The notes below the pieces were generated by a model, which saw only the letters and a program-made list of their open reading frames with translations, had not been told where the DNA came from and ran no database searches. Positions 62,233 to 64,000 of a stretch of 64,000 nt of DNA are shown here, piece by piece. Positions within the stretch are counted from its first letter, which is position 1; every line of letters starts with the position of its first letter. Source of the DNA: an uncultured delta proteobacterium (GTDB taxonomy: Bacteria > Desulfobacterota > Desulfuromonadia > Desulfuromonadales > CAWANI01); contig CAWANI010000009.1 in NCBI GenBank assembly GCA_963783365.1, forward strand, positions 418,406 to 482,405. The letters are read 5' to 3'. Made by a program: the position numbers and the translations under genes.

Positions 62233-63583
62233 GGCTTCACCTCGTCGGGCAGAAAAGTTTTCAGGAACGTCCCATTCTGGAAGCGGATGTTGCCGAGGGC
62301 CATGCAGCAGGCCGGCCTCGGCCTTCACGGCGTCGAGGCGGGCCTGGTCCAGGGCGCTCTGGGTGCCGAGCAGGTCGGAGAGATTGGCCAGTCCGGCCTG
62401 GTAGCGCTCCAGGGTCAGGCGGTGTCCCTCCTCGGCCTCCTTTACCGCCTCTTGGGCGGTGGCGAGGTTGAGGCGGGCTTCTTCGGCCCGCCGCTTGGCT
62501 TCCTCGACCTGCAGGTTCGCTTCGCGGGCGGCGTCGCAGACGCTGGGCATCGACGGCCCGCTTGAGGGCCTCGGCGCGGGCTGTTTCCTTCGGCCGCGCC
62601 GACAGCCGTCGAAGAGGTCCCAGGTGAGCCCGACCCCCACCGTCCAGCTGCTGCCGTCGGCGCCGAAGGGGGTGGAGGAGTCGTGCAGGGCGTAGGAGGC
62701 CTGCAGGCCGACCCTGGGAAGGTAGGCGGCCTTGCTCTGGCGGTAGGCGAGGTCGGCGGCCTGGGACTGCAGGGCGAGGGCCTGCAGGTCGGCCCGCTCG
62801 GGCTTGCCGGCGGATCGATTTGCTCGCCGAAGAGGGCGGGGGTCAGGGGGACGGCGATGTCGAGGTCGTCCGCCGGCCGGCCCAGGGCGAGGGCAAAGCG
62901 CCGGCGGGCGATGGCCAGGTCGTTTTCGACCGTCAGCAGGCGGCGTTCGGTCTCGGCGAGAAAGACCCTGGCGCGCAGCTCGTCGGCCTTGAGGCCGATG
63001 CCGGCCTGGCGGCGCTGGCTCGGCGACCCGCAGCATCTCCAGGGCGTCCTTGTGCGAGGCCTGCGCCCAGCCGAGGGCGGCGTGGGCCCGCTGCAGGGCG
63101 AGGTAGGCGGCATAGGCGCCAAAGGCGATCTGCTCTTCGCTCCAGCGGGCCGTGGCCGCGGCCGCCTCGGCTCCCTTCTGCGCCCGGTGGTAGCCGTAGC
63201 TGATGTCGGGGTTGAACAGGGGCTGCTCCAGGGTTACCTTGGTTTCGAAATCCCTGGTGGTGCCGGGATGATTGTAGGGGGCGGCGCTCGGGAAAAGAGT
63301 TGAGATCCTCCTGGTTGAGCGTCATGAACATGCTGTTGCCCGGCTCGTTGGTGATGGCGAAGTTTTCCGCCGCCGTCACCTTGGGCAGATAGTAGCTCTT
63401 GGCCTCCCCGGCGGCGTGGCGGGCGGCCAGGGCCTGCTGCCGCGCCGCCATCGGCGGCCGGCCGTTGGCTCACCGCCTCGCGCAGGGCCTGCTTCAACCC
63501 GACCGTTTTGGTGCGCGGCCATGGCGGCCGGCACCGAAAAGCAGGGAAATAACGATGAGTAAAATCAAACCTTTTTTGCTCAT
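62229..63583 (-). pseudogene. TolC-family outer-membrane efflux protein; at least eight frameshifts as sequenced
   Basis: ATG 63583 with signal peptide MSKKGLILLIVISLLFGAG. Later pieces TVGLKQALREAVS, MAARQQALAARHAAGEAKSYYLPKV..., YNHPGTTRDFETKVTLEQPLF..., GIGLKADELRARVFLAETE..., KPERADLQALALQSQAADLAYR... and LNLATAQEAVKEAEEGHRLTLERYQAG... lie in three frames. Confidence 0.8.
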
Positions 63584-63611
63584 CGCACACCTCACAAAAC
63601 ATTCAAAAAAA

Positions 63612-63640
63612 CATATATATCATCTCTCCGATAAGGTCAA
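63612..63640 (-). promoter_or_regulatory. Candidate sigma70 promoter of the efflux operon
   Basis: Minus strand: TTGACC (63640-63635), 16-17-nt spacer, ATATAT/TATATG (63618-63612). It lies ~30 nt upstream of ATG 63583, which has a GAGG RBS. Confidence 0.4.
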
Positions 63641-63924
63641 GAGGAATCTGTGCCGGTGGTATATCAGCCCTTTTCAGAAAGAAAAAATGCGTTGACATCT
63701 TCGGGCCCCGCGGCGCCGGAGCGGATGGCAATGATCCGGCCCCTTTTTAATTATTAGTGAATAATTTTTCAAAGCCACAAACCTTTCATCGCTTCGATTC
63801 CGTTTTTCCTTTCCCCCGCCGTCGAATACGGGAAAATTTCTTTGAATTAAAACGAGGTTTGTACTAGTATAACCAAAAATTAGAACTGGCATTTAATTTA
63901 CGGTCTGACAAAGGAGAGTGAGTG

Positions 63925-64000
63925 ATGAAACGGTTTCTCTTAATGGCGTTGGCTCTGGGGTTTTGCGCCAGCATGGTTTTTGGCGGAACCGCCCTGGCGG
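63925..64000 (+). CDS. 5' end of a secreted/exported protein gene (runs off the window)
   Basis: AAAGGAGAG RBS at 63910-63918. ATG 63925 gives MKRFLLMALALGFCASMVFGGTALA (signal-peptide-like), and the frame is open to the window end. Confidence 0.55.
   Translation, partial: MKRFLLMALALGFCASMVFGGTALA

Noticed and set aside
60043-63036. 997-aa ORF, and the 490-aa ORF 59139..60611, taken as single large proteins.
   Set aside because: They alternate between recognisable OMP, MFP or RND segments and Arg/Pro/Gly-rich off-frame text. They are chimeras produced by multiple frameshifts, not real polypeptides.
63703-63760. Hairpin GCCGGA-N14-TCCGGC followed by CCCTTTTT, considered as a terminator or riboswitch expression platform upstream of the last partial gene.
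   Set aside because: The stem is only 6 bp with a 14-nt loop, and no upstream plus-strand transcript or aptamer-like conserved sequence (for example GEMM-type) was recognisable. The evidence is too weak to call.

Overview
The window looks like the chromosomal replication-origin neighbourhood of a Desulfuromonadales/Geobacter-like deltaproteobacterium. That taxon is only inferred from gene content, gene order and protein motifs; I ran no database search.

Layout:
- Minus strand, left of about 15.2 kb: nth, an EEP-family phosphoesterase, a cyclophilin, gpsA, a TPR protein, gyrA, gyrB, recF, dnaN and dnaA. The 3' part of mrcA sits on the plus strand at the left edge.
- Plus strand, right of about 15.2 kb: rpmH, rnpA, yidD, yidC, jag, mnmE, mnmG, rsmG, parA, parB, a bactofilin and the atpF'FHAGDC operon.
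- DnaA-box clusters lie at 15103-15134, 13588-21 and, unexpectedly, 2897-2926. A perfect parS lies at 20055-20070.
- From 31 to 57 kb: two GntR/FCD regulators with palindromic operators, dinB, an RCK K+ channel and a dense signalling region.

Main lead: an eight-gene plus-strand operon at 41.5-50.9 kb. It combines two histidine kinases, four same-type receiver domains, an HD-GYP phosphodiesterase, an MglA-type small GTPase with no recognisable MglB, and a receiver-fused PilB/GspE-type ATPase with a double zinc ribbon. No pilus or secretion partner genes are visible in the window.

Right end, 57.9-63.6 kb: a very GC-rich OMP-MFP-RND efflux operon plus a DUF2892 gene. By manual frame tracing, its 5' 3.5 kb carries roughly 20 reading-frame changes.

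Caveat on sequence quality: single-base frameshifts also interrupt dnaA, dnaN, three signalling genes and a small ORF. The sequence as given therefore probably contains indel errors, and any pseudogene call needs read-level confirmation.

Limits: all identifications rest on motif recognition in the supplied ORF translations and on my own reading of the DNA. I found no rRNA, tRNA, CRISPR or obvious mobile element.
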